From: Anaerohalosphaeraceae bacterium
Lineage (GTDB): Bacteria > Planctomycetota > Phycisphaerae > Sedimentisphaerales > Anaerohalosphaeraceae
Assembly (NCBI GenBank): GCA_963675525.2
Contig: CAXXSL010000013.1
Location: forward strand, 288,001-352,000
Direction: 5' to 3'
Length of the DNA: 64,000 bases
In this document: one piece after another, positions 19,899-28,728 of the stretch
How the letters are laid out: each line of letters begins with the position of its first letter
How positions within the stretch are numbered: the first letter of the stretch is position 1
Program-made: the position numbers and the translations under genes
Notes under the pieces: generated by a model
What the model saw: only the letters and a program-made list of their open reading frames with translations
Databases searched by the model: none
What the model was told of the DNA's origin: nothing

Positions 19899-21908
19899 AT
19901 GGATGCAAAACTGACTGAATTAATTGGCCTTGCTGCTGCCGGCAGGCAGGAGCAAATGGACGAGCTTATCAAAACAGCTCAGCCCAGAATCCGTTCATAT
20001 ATTTTGCGGTGTACGCTCAATGAGGACCTGACCGAAGATCTTTTACAGGAAACCATGCTCCAATTATTAGTATCAATCAAATCACTTAAAAACGCTGAGC
20101 GCTTCTGGCCCTGGCTATACAAAATTGCATCCAACAAAGTCATCAGCTATTTCCGCAAAAATAAACACCACTCCTCGATCCAGTTCTCGGCGATGGAGGA
20201 CCATCTGGTTGAATCGGCATTGCAGGACACGCGCAAAACCGTCGATCAACCGGCCCGGCAGGAGCTTTATACGATCATCCTGAACACCATGGAAAAACTC
20301 AGCCCCACCCAGCGATCGGTTTTGTCGCTCCGCTGTTTTGAAGGCATGAAATATCAGGAGATCGCCGCCGCAACCGGCTATTCTGAAACCACCGCCCGGG
20401 TGAATTTCCTGCGGGCCCGCCAAAAACTTAAATCATCCCTGAGAAAACAGGGACTCTCGAAAAAGGCTGTTCTGCCGGCCCTCGTACTGTTTGGCAAACT
20501 TACCGCCGAAGAGGCGGTCGCCGCCGCCATTACGCCGGCAACCGTTACCTTTGAAATGGGCCTGACAGCCGCTGAGACCATTGTGACCGCCATCAAAGCA
20601 TATCTGCTCAAAACGGCCCTGGCAACGTTAACGATCACCACAACAGTCGTTGTGGGCCATGCCGCATGGGAACAGATATCCCCGTCACCCTTTCCGCCGC
20701 GAAACGAGGTTCAATCCGTCCACTATACCGTTCAGGGGATCGGCCTTGTTCAGGAAGACAACAAAGCGATCGCTGTTCTGCCCGCCAACCGCAGCCGTAA
20801 AGCGGATGTCGATGTCGGCCCGTATTACTGCAAAGGAGCCTATGAACAGTGGCTGCAATTCCCCGACGGCCCGGACGGCCCGGTGCTGGTGCGGATGCAG
20901 CGATGGGGGATGGATCCGAAGACACATGAAACCACAGACAAGCAATGCGGCTGGCTGCAGAATGGCCGCGCCAACTATTATTACTATGCCGGCGATAACA
21001 CACTCTATATCACCAACGACCCTGTCGGGATGCTGATACTGCCGACGGACTCGCCGGAGATGGTTGATTTTCTTTCCAAATACAGCCAATACCAGGACAG
21101 CATAAAATACACATGCGACCGAAAAACGGGGCTGGCCAAAGCCAAAAAGGATAACCGCGTCCCCTCCGTTAAAAACTACAACACCGAGTACGTCTATAAC
21201 ACATTATCCGAGCAGGACTTTGAACCGTTCTGGCCGAAGGATGCCGGCGTCATTGACCAGCGTGACCCCATGCACTATCGCGGTTGGACGTATTTTACGA
21301 TCGCGGGCAATCTGGGTGACCTGCCGATTCGCGGCAAAGGACAAATTCCTTTTTCCTACAATGCATTTCTGGAACATAAGCCCTGGCTGGATTTACAGAT
21401 CGGCGATTCGCTCCGGATACTGGACACGGCCCGGGGCGCGTGCCTGATCGATGAAGATACGGGACAAACCCGGCATTATCCATCGGGCACGTTTTTTGTC
21501 GGACTGGGCCGCCCGTGGAGCGGCATTCGCGCTTACGATACACTGCGACGGGATGCCGCCGAAGACAAGATCCCCTTCAGCGATAAACGCGTCAATGAAA
21601 CCGGCCGGGTTCTCCTGGAGCGGAAACTCGGACCGGATACCTACACGATCCAGTACACCGTGGACATGGCCAAAGATGTCACTGATACGATCCAGTTCGT
21701 CCGGTCCGGCACGGAACCGGCAAAGGGCAAACTCAAGCTTGCCTATGCACAAGAGTTGGAAGACCTCGCCGGCGAGTTTGAAGAACCCCGGCTTCCGCAA
21801 GTTGATTCGCAACAGGCCGGGTCGCGTTCAACATCATCACTGGCTGATGACCCTGCTCGAAAAAAACTACAGACACCGCAAAACCCGCAGATGCCCTGGC
21901 CGCATTAA
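19899..21908 (+). CDS. ECF sigma-70 factor with TM helix and a large C-terminal extension
   Basis: Region 2 EDLLQET...WLYKIASN, region 4 LSPTQRSVLSLR...YQEIAAATG, a hydrophobic stretch near aa 235-255, then about 400 extra residues. Confidence 0.85.
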   Translation: MDAKLTELIGLAAAGRQEQMDELIKTAQPRIRSYILRCTLNEDLTEDLLQETMLQLLVSIKSLKNAERFWPWLYKIASNKVISYFRKNKHHSSIQFSAMEDHLVESALQDTRKTVDQPARQELYTIILNTMEKLSPTQRSVLSLRCFEGMKYQEIAAATGYSETTARVNFLRARQKLKSSLRKQGLSKKAVLPALVLFGKLTAEEAVAAAITPATVTFEMGLTAAETIVTAIKAYLLKTALATLTITTTVVVGHAAWEQISPSPFPPRNEVQSVHYTVQGIGLVQEDNKAIAVLPANRSRKADVDVGPYYCKGAYEQWLQFPDGPDGPVLVRMQRWGMDPKTHETTDKQCGWLQNGRANYYYYAGDNTLYITNDPVGMLILPTDSPEMVDFLSKYSQYQDSIKYTCDRKTGLAKAKKDNRVPSVKNYNTEYVYNTLSEQDFEPFWPKDAGVIDQRDPMHYRGWTYFTIAGNLGDLPIRGKGQIPFSYNAFLEHKPWLDLQIGDSLRILDTARGACLIDEDTGQTRHYPSGTFFVGLGRPWSGIRAYDTLRRDAAEDKIPFSDKRVNETGRVLLERKLGPDTYTIQYTVDMAKDVTDTIQFVRSGTEPAKGKLKLAYAQELEDLAGEFEEPRLPQVDSQQAGSRSTSSLADDPARKKLQTPQNPQMPWPH

Positions 21909-21955
21909 AGTAAAAATGGGGAACGCGGCCGCATGCGGTCGCATGGATTTAACGA

Positions 21956-22640
21956 CAATTGGGTTTGATTGGGTTTGATTGGGTTCGCGTGGCGCTGTTA
22001 AAAATGGGGGTGTTGTGTTCTTTCTGGGGTTTGGCTGCAATATATTGCATTGCTGTCGAGGTGCTACTTGGGGCTTAAATTGGGTTCGTTTTTTTTGGGA
22101 GTTGGCGGGGTAAAAATATACTTTGCCACAGATTAGACTGAGGATACATGAACTCATGAACTCGAGAACACAAGAACTCAAGAATTTGGATTTCTTCCAG
22201 ATGGCTTTTTGAATAGATTCTTCGCCTGCGGCTCAGAATGACGGTCTGCCGGAAATTGCTCATTGAATTGCTCCCTTCTGCAATTGACGATTGACGATTG
22301 ACGATTTGGGTGGAATTTCCTTCTTTTTCAGCTCTCATTATGAGGATAGTATTTAATTTTTCCGTCTTCGCCGAGTCTTCCTTCTTCGCCTTCGGCTACG
22401 TCGGGACAAGCCGACGCGACACGGTGTATTTTAGCAGAAGTTATGTAGATGTCAAACTTTTTGTCCACAGATTTCGGGGATTTTCACAGATTTTTTTCAC
22501 CACGAAGAGCCGAAGGGGCACGAAGGTTAGTTTTTGGGGAATTTTGTTGTTATGGGGGGTAATTGTCCGGTATAATTTGTGGGAATAAGGTTTTAGGCGG
22601 ACGATTTTGGAACCACCGATTACGCCGATGACACTGATTG
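21956..22640. repeat. Cluster of short tandem and dispersed repeats (TTGGGTTYG, CATGAACT octamers, TTGACGA heptamers, CCACRGATT-type 9-mers, REP family A at 22212-22242)
   Basis: Visible tandem units at 21959-21988, 22147-22186, 22284-22304, 22465-22525 and 22611-22639; no credible CDS. Confidence 0.7.
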
Positions 22641-23042
22641 TTTTTACCATGAAGATCGGGAAGAGCCCGAAGAGGGAATCGCCGGGGCGTTTTCAATGCC
22701 CCACAGGTCAAGTTCGGCTGCGATGCTCCAAACATGTTTGTGCGCTCGTCAACCAACCTTGTCCAGCCGTCTTTCAGCCGGGCGATTGGTTGTTGATCAG
22801 GCAGGAGACAGGAGATAGAATAAGGAGCCGCTCCGGGCAGTGGTTTTTGATTGCATCTTTGAATTTCACGCGAAACAGGGTAGAGGGAATTGGCAATTGT
22901 CGAATGACGATGGACGATTGTCGATTGGTATTTTGAATTGAGGAAGCGGCGTTTGCCGCGGCTATCATTATTAAGGTTTATCGACATTGATGCGCATTGG
23001 GTTTGATAATTGAAAACAGGGAAGAAAAAGGTGTCTGACCCC

Positions 23043-23423
23043 TTAATTTTCTCTGGCCAGATAACACGCCAGTTTTTTACTGTCCAGGCGATCTGTCTTG
23101 TCCTCTTTGGCGGCCGGCCGGGGCGTTTTAGAGGTGGCCGCAATAGTCACGGGCAGATGGTGTTTTTGTAAGGTGCGAGCCAATGAATAGCCCGTGGGCC
23201 CGGCTTCGTAAACAATCTCTTTGATGGCGTGCTGGACCGGTTTGAGCTGTTCAATAAGTTGATTGGGATTCGACGGCATGACAAAATCAAGAGCGGGGGT
23301 GTCGTTTAAGTGCAGCGCGACATGATACGTTTCCTTATGGGTGTCAATACCAATAAACAATGCATCGTTACGGGTTAAACGGATAGTGTTGAAAAATGTC
23401 TGTACCTTTGATAGACTACGCAT
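23043..23423 (-). pseudogene. Truncated IS110-family transposase (N-terminal DEDD domain only)
   Basis: FIGIDTHK, YEAGPTGY and KTDRLDSKKLA motifs; stops after about 126 aa with no C-terminal domain. Confidence 0.88.
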
Positions 23424-23571
23424 GGGCCATCCTTTCGATAATGGTTCCGGTTTAGGGTTCAAAAACCATTATAAGAACTTTTGGATGGCCTACATATTAT
23501 CTATTATTATTCAAGCCCCATTCGGCTTGGCTCAGGGCAGGCTCTTCGGGCTTATGGAATTTTACTATTAA

Positions 23572-23602
23572 AATAGATTCCTCGACTGCGCTCGGAATGA
23601 CA
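23572..23602. repeat. REP-like repeat family A, inverted copy
   Basis: Reverse complement reads TGTCATTCCGAGCGCAGTCGAGGAATCTATT. Confidence 0.8.
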
Positions 23603-23979
23603 GAGGGGGCGGACACGGACAGACAGGACTGATTGAATGGGAAAGAAGAAAGCGGGAAGAGGGGGAAGGCAACGAGGAATGCAGGGGAAAATGTTTTCCG
23701 GAAGATGTCGCCCGCTGCGCGGGCTTTGGGAGAGGGTTGGAATCGTCTCTTTTTCCACGCCCTGACGGGCGAGGCTACAAGATGGCGTCTGCTGCGCAGA
23801 CTTTTTGATTGACGAATTATGAGTGACGATATGAGTGACAATCACCGGGGGATTGACGAACACGGACGGTCATGGACAGAATGGACGTTTTAATGGACGA
23901 TGGACATTTGAATTGACGATTGGCGAATGACGATGGACGATTTTTTCTGTGGAAATCCGTGTAATCCGTGGTTGCTCTT

Positions 23980-25722
23980 CTATTCGAACTGGATGTCGTT
24001 GAGGACGAACTGTAGGTTGGTTTGGCCGTTGTAGGTGTTGTACTGCGGCTCGAATGCGACGTGGAAGGTGTCGGCTTCGAGGAGTTTCTTTTCGAGCGAG
24101 CCCATGCCGAAGCCGATGCACCGGACGGCCCCGCCGGCGTCGGAGATCGACATCTGCAGGTGGTCGTTTCGGCTGCCGACCCGCCGGGGCGGAGCGATCA
24201 GCTTGACCCCGTGTGCGGCGAACACCGGCTTGGGATTGCCCTGCCCGAACGGCTCCAGATACGTCAACTCCTTCATAACCTGCTCATTAAACTCACAGAT
24301 TCCCGCCTCGGCGTCAATGTCGAGAAATGACTGGAGTGTTTCGTGGCTTAGGTTTTCATGTGCATAGGCCTCGAACGCGGCGACGAAATCGGGGATCTTT
24401 TCGGTTTCGATCTTCATTCCCGCGGCCATTTCGTGTCCGCCGAAACTGACCAGATGCTGCGAACAGGCCTGCAGCGCTTTGTGCAGATTGAACCCGGGGA
24501 CGGAACGGCCGGACCCCTGCGCCAGGCCGTTGGTGGTGTTGAGCATGATGGTCGGGCGATAGAACAGGTCGATGATCTTGGAGGCGACGATGCCGATGAC
24601 GCCGGGATGCCAGCCGTCGTCGGCCAATACGATGGTCTTGCGGTCGGGGTGGTTGAGTCCGGCCTGCATGATGCGCTGTTTGGCGGTCCTGAAGATATCC
24701 TGCTGGCACTTTTGCCGCAGGCGGTTCTGTTCTTTGAGGTACTGGGCGATCTGGATGGCCCGCACTTCGTTTTCGGTGGTCATCAGCTCGACGGCCAGGC
24801 GGGCGTGTCCCATGCGTCCGGCGGCGTTGAGCATCGGCGCCAGCCGGAACGCCACGGCGTAGCTGTCCACCTCGGAGGTGCCCAGCTCGGCCGTTCGGAC
24901 CAGTTGGCGGATGCCGACCAGGTCGGAATTCTCCAGCGCCTTTAAACTGTAGCCGACGAGCACACGGTTTTCGCCCCGCAGGTCCACGACATCGGCGATG
25001 GTTCCCATGCCGGCTAAGGTCGTGGCATTGAGCAGGTACTGGCGAAGCTCGGGCGATAGCTGGCCGCCCTGCTTGGTTGCGTTGGCAACTGCCCACGCAA
25101 CCTTGAACGCCACCATGGCCCCGGCCGACGTCGGATTGGGATAGTCCGGGTCGATCCTCGGATGCACGATGGCCACGGCTTCGGGCAGCACCGGACCGGG
25201 TTGGTGATGGTCGGTGACAATTGTCTCCATGCCGAGCTCGTTTGCCAGCCGGACCTCTTCGACGGCGGTGATGCCGCAGTCCACGGTGATCATCAATCGC
25301 GTTCCGCTGTCGGCTAATTGACGGACCGCTTCGACATTGAGGCCGTAGCCCTCATCGACCCGGTGCGGGATATAATAATCGGCGCCGGCACCGAGCATTT
25401 TGAGCAGATGCCACAAAATCGCGGTGCTGGTGATGCCGTCGACATCGTAATCGCCGTAGATGGAAATTTTTTCGCCGTTTTCGACAGCGTCTTTGATGCG
25501 TCCGGCCGCCGCGGTCACACCGGGCATACGCTCCGGCTCGATCAGGTCAGTCAGTTTAGGGGATAAAAACGAGCGGGCTTTTTCGGCTTTGTGGAGTTGG
25601 CGGTTGAGAAGGACCTGGGCAAGGATGGGCGAAATCTTGAGCTCGTCCGCCAGTGTCGCAGCTTTGTCGCTGGACGGTCGAACCTGCCAAACCTTTTTGT
25701 GCATCCCTGCCGGTACTTTCAT
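23980..25722 (-). CDS. recJ: Single-stranded-DNA-specific exonuclease RecJ
   Basis: GDYDVDG, TDHH, GTIADV, APMLNAAGRM, GGHEMAAG, LEPFGQGNP. Confidence 0.97.
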   Translation of the reverse strand: MKVPAGMHKKVWQVRPSSDKAATLADELKISPILAQVLLNRQLHKAEKARSFLSPKLTDLIEPERMPGVTAAAGRIKDAVENGEKISIYGDYDVDGITSTAILWHLLKMLGAGADYYIPHRVDEGYGLNVEAVRQLADSGTRLMITVDCGITAVEEVRLANELGMETIVTDHHQPGPVLPEAVAIVHPRIDPDYPNPTSAGAMVAFKVAWAVANATKQGGQLSPELRQYLLNATTLAGMGTIADVVDLRGENRVLVGYSLKALENSDLVGIRQLVRTAELGTSEVDSYAVAFRLAPMLNAAGRMGHARLAVELMTTENEVRAIQIAQYLKEQNRLRQKCQQDIFRTAKQRIMQAGLNHPDRKTIVLADDGWHPGVIGIVASKIIDLFYRPTIMLNTTNGLAQGSGRSVPGFNLHKALQACSQHLVSFGGHEMAAGMKIETEKIPDFVAAFEAYAHENLSHETLQSFLDIDAEAGICEFNEQVMKELTYLEPFGQGNPKPVFAAHGVKLIAPPRRVGSRNDHLQMSISDAGGAVRCIGFGMGSLEKKLLEADTFHVAFEPQYNTYNGQTNLQFVLNDIQFE

Positions 25723-25764
25723 GATTTTTCAGACCCTCTTGAGAGTGTTTTAGATCGCCCGTCC

Positions 25765-25793
25765 ATTATATCGACACAACCGGCCAAAGTCAA
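25765..25793 (-). promoter_or_regulatory. sigma70 promoter of recJ
   Basis: TTGACT-17bp-TATAAT on the minus strand, about 40 nt upstream of the ATG. Confidence 0.7.
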
Positions 25794-25827
25794 TGAATCT
25801 TAACGGAGCGCAGCAAAACTTAACGGC

Positions 25828-27033
25828 TTACTGTCCGAAAACTTCGTCGAGGATTTTGTCTGCATCGGGCGCCGTCCCCTGCGGCCAGGTTTTCATTAAC
25901 TCACCTTCCAGCAGCACGACAACATACGGGCTCATGAGTTCCCATTTTTCCGCCTCGGTCAGCTTGCCAAGAATACACGTTGTATCGGCGGGCACCGGAC
26001 CGGTTTGGGCATACGGCGGGACGGCCAGAAACGCGATCTTAAACGCATCGCTTCCCTGCTCGTTCATTTCCTTATAGTATGCGCTGTAAGCAGGCACAAC
26101 CTCCGCACAGGTCGGGCAGTCATGGTGATACATCAGCACAACCGCCATGCCCTCGCTCAATTGCGCACGAACATCATCTTCCACCACAAACCCAAGCCAG
26201 TCCCATTGTTCGACATCAGCTGACGATATTTGAACAGGTTCGCTCTCTTTGACCGGCTCGGCAGGCGGTTCTGTTTTCTCAACTTCCACAGCAACCGGCT
26301 CGTCCGGCGTTTTTACCTGGGCCGCAGCCAACTCCGCCGCACGATTCGCTTCAACAGCCGCGGCAAGTTTCGCCTTCATCGCGGCCAGTTCTTTTTGCAA
26401 TGATTGTATCTGCTGCTGCATGGCCGCAGTTTCCTGTTGCCATGTAGCCTTTTCCCGTTCGTGTTGAAATTTCAGCAGTTTGATTTTGCCTTCGGCCGAG
26501 ACTTGCGTTTGTTCCTGCGGCTTTTTGAACTCCGGGCGAAACATCACGATCGCCGGGGTCGTCAGTACCAAAACGGCAAGTATCGGAACCGCACAGACAA
26601 TCGCATGAGTCACATTCGGCCACGGCGGCGGCAGCAGTTTGTATCCTTTCGGCCGGAATATCGCTAAAAGAAGGAACAACGGAACATCAACAATCCACAG
26701 CGTCAGCCACGGGTCGACATGCACCTGCCCGAAACAACCGCACGACTCATAGCCCAACAGGGCCTTGGTCAGCGTCACACCGATAAACCCGAAATACGCC
26801 AGTGTGCCCGCAATCCAAGACGCCTTGCGAAACAGACCGCAGACCATCCACGCCCCCAGCGCAAACTCCAGCGGTATCTGCATCAGCAGAAATTCATAAG
26901 ATTCCCAAAACCCCGCCGGATTGGTCCGCCACGACGGAATCCCGACAGTCATCAATTCGTGAGCCTTCAGCAGCGCCGCCGCCATCAGTAAAAGCCCCGC
27001 CAGTGTCATGATAACGATGTTAACTTTACGCAT
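25828..27033 (-). CDS. MauE/DoxX-like membrane protein with coiled coil and C-terminal thioredoxin-like CxxC domain
   Basis: TM helices with SCGCFG, then a coiled coil, then YHHDCPTC. Confidence 0.7.
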   Translation of the reverse strand: MRKVNIVIMTLAGLLLMAAALLKAHELMTVGIPSWRTNPAGFWESYEFLLMQIPLEFALGAWMVCGLFRKASWIAGTLAYFGFIGVTLTKALLGYESCGCFGQVHVDPWLTLWIVDVPLFLLLAIFRPKGYKLLPPPWPNVTHAIVCAVPILAVLVLTTPAIVMFRPEFKKPQEQTQVSAEGKIKLLKFQHEREKATWQQETAAMQQQIQSLQKELAAMKAKLAAAVEANRAAELAAAQVKTPDEPVAVEVEKTEPPAEPVKESEPVQISSADVEQWDWLGFVVEDDVRAQLSEGMAVVLMYHHDCPTCAEVVPAYSAYYKEMNEQGSDAFKIAFLAVPPYAQTGPVPADTTCILGKLTEAEKWELMSPYVVVLLEGELMKTWPQGTAPDADKILDEVFGQ

Positions 27034-27187
27034 AAATTTGAGTCCCTAAACCGTCTGTGGTTATTCAATACACTACCGAATTATACCAGAAATCGGCTGG
27101 ATGTGGCAACCGCCTTCGGTTTTTTTACAAACTTATTACTTAGAGGCTCGAAAATTGTTCAAAAATGCGTAAAATAGCCCTCAATAA

Positions 27188-27416
27188 AAGCCTGTCGGGC
27201 TTTAACAACAATAGCCGCGGGTGCAGCGAAGCGAAACCCGTGGCTGGCCGGGCAAGGATTTGCCGAGACCCTGTAGGGGTCAAATAACAAAGTGGCATCT
27301 TGCTAAGTGTCTTTATTCAACCCCGTCGGGGTTGTGGATGGTTTGTGTTACCTGACCACGGGTTTGGCCTACGGCCTACACCCGCGGCTATTATTGTCAT
27401 GACCCCTGCGGGGTCT
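27188..27416. repeat. Compound inverted repeat (REPIN/BIME-like)
   Basis: Arms 27205-27243 and 27356-27397 are near reverse complements, with inner hairpins GACCCTGTAGGGGTC and AACCCCGTCGGGGTT. Confidence 0.78.
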
Positions 27417-27463
27417 GGTTGTTTAGATACCACGATTGTCATATTTTTTCAGGAATTGTAAAA

Positions 27464-27889
27464 ATGATGGACCTATCCCAAAAAGACTATCTTGTCGTCG
27501 TGCAATGTCACATCGTCAAAGAACGCTGCCCGGGGTATTTGTGCGAAAAGGCGTTTAGCGAACGGACCGGCGGGTTTGCCGACTATCCGGCGGACAAACA
27601 CTACCGCGTTATCAACCTGACCTGCGGCGGATGCTGCGGCCGGGCACTGCATCGCAAGTTGAGTCTCTTGAAACGCACAATCAAAAAGAAAGAAGGCATT
27701 GAGAAGGACAAGATTGTCGTGCAGTTGTCGTCGTGCATCACCAAAGACAACTACCACGCCACCCCCTGCCCGCATAAGGATTACATCAAAGGATTGATCG
27801 AAAAAATCGGACTGGATTACCGCGAAGCAACCGTCATCGATGAAAAAAGTGAAAAACGACGGGCAGAGGGTGTGTACAGTAACGATTAA
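27464..27889 (+). CDS. CGGC domain protein
   Basis: CPGYLC, TCGGCCG, SSC and CPH motifs. Confidence 0.85.
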   Translation: MMDLSQKDYLVVVQCHIVKERCPGYLCEKAFSERTGGFADYPADKHYRVINLTCGGCCGRALHRKLSLLKRTIKKKEGIEKDKIVVQLSSCITKDNYHATPCPHKDYIKGLIEKIGLDYREATVIDEKSEKRRAEGVYSND

Positions 27890-27946
27890 TTTAACCACAA
27901 AGGCCATGAAGATCCTATTTATTATAAAACTACGAAGGAGAATAAA

Positions 27947-28726
27947 ATGATTACGATACTTGGAATAATACTTTTAATCGTCCCTGGACTAATAAATGTT
28001 TTTATTGCTAAAAAGGAAGAGCAAAAATACAAAAAGCTAAAGATTTTCTCAATGTGCATTGTGATGGCCTTAGGTGTAGTAATTATAATTTTAGATAGAT
28101 CCATACCTGAAGAAATTGGAGCATTGAAACCTACCTACAAAAAAAATGATCCCGAATGGGTAAATAAAAATGGATTAGGAGCTGATGTGAGTAAACAGAT
28201 TATAAGAATCGGGGGTGCATTTGTTAACGCTTTATATCCCCTCGGAAGATATGTACCAATTGCATTAGCAAATGACATTGATGGTTTAATGATTTATGCC
28301 ACAATTACAAGTTCAGATGGTAAAGTTGTAGCTAAGATAATTAAGAATAAATGGCAAACAAATCCTAATAATTATTTTCGAAAATTTTCTGATGAATCAT
28401 CTATTGAAATTATCGATGAGTACGATATTCCGATTCTGCAAATAGAATACATAGATTATAATACAGTCAAAATTGGAGGCGTTTTTCGCTCGGAAAAGTC
28501 ATTTGTATCTGATTATGACAATGATTTCCCACCATATAATACTAGAATAATTTTCAGCTTAACGGGGGAATCTGCAAATTCTATATATATTATTGGAGAG
28601 GGAGGAGCGTATAGCAACGTGATTGATATGGAACTACAGGACGTTATTTCAAAATCAAGGGAAATAATTAAGCCTTGGTTTGATTATAGCGATCCTTCAA
28701 ACCCTTCTAAAAGACTTCCAAAGTAA
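27947..28726 (+). CDS. AT-rich hypothetical membrane-anchored protein
   Basis: 259-aa ORF with AAGGAG RBS and two N-terminal hydrophobic segments; clearly more AT-rich than its neighbours. Confidence 0.75.
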   Translation: MITILGIILLIVPGLINVFIAKKEEQKYKKLKIFSMCIVMALGVVIIILDRSIPEEIGALKPTYKKNDPEWVNKNGLGADVSKQIIRIGGAFVNALYPLGRYVPIALANDIDGLMIYATITSSDGKVVAKIIKNKWQTNPNNYFRKFSDESSIEIIDEYDIPILQIEYIDYNTVKIGGVFRSEKSFVSDYDNDFPPYNTRIIFSLTGESANSIYIIGEGGAYSNVIDMELQDVISKSREIIKPWFDYSDPSNPSKRLPK

Positions 28727-28728
28727 AT

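Noticed and set aside
22550..23143. 197-aa ORF and other small ORFs in the repeat-rich spacer
   Set aside because: Largely translated repeats. 22650-22800 might be a gene remnant, but I cannot identify it.
21914..23979. Possible CRISPR array
   Set aside because: No constant 25-40 bp repeat with regular unique spacers, and no cas genes.
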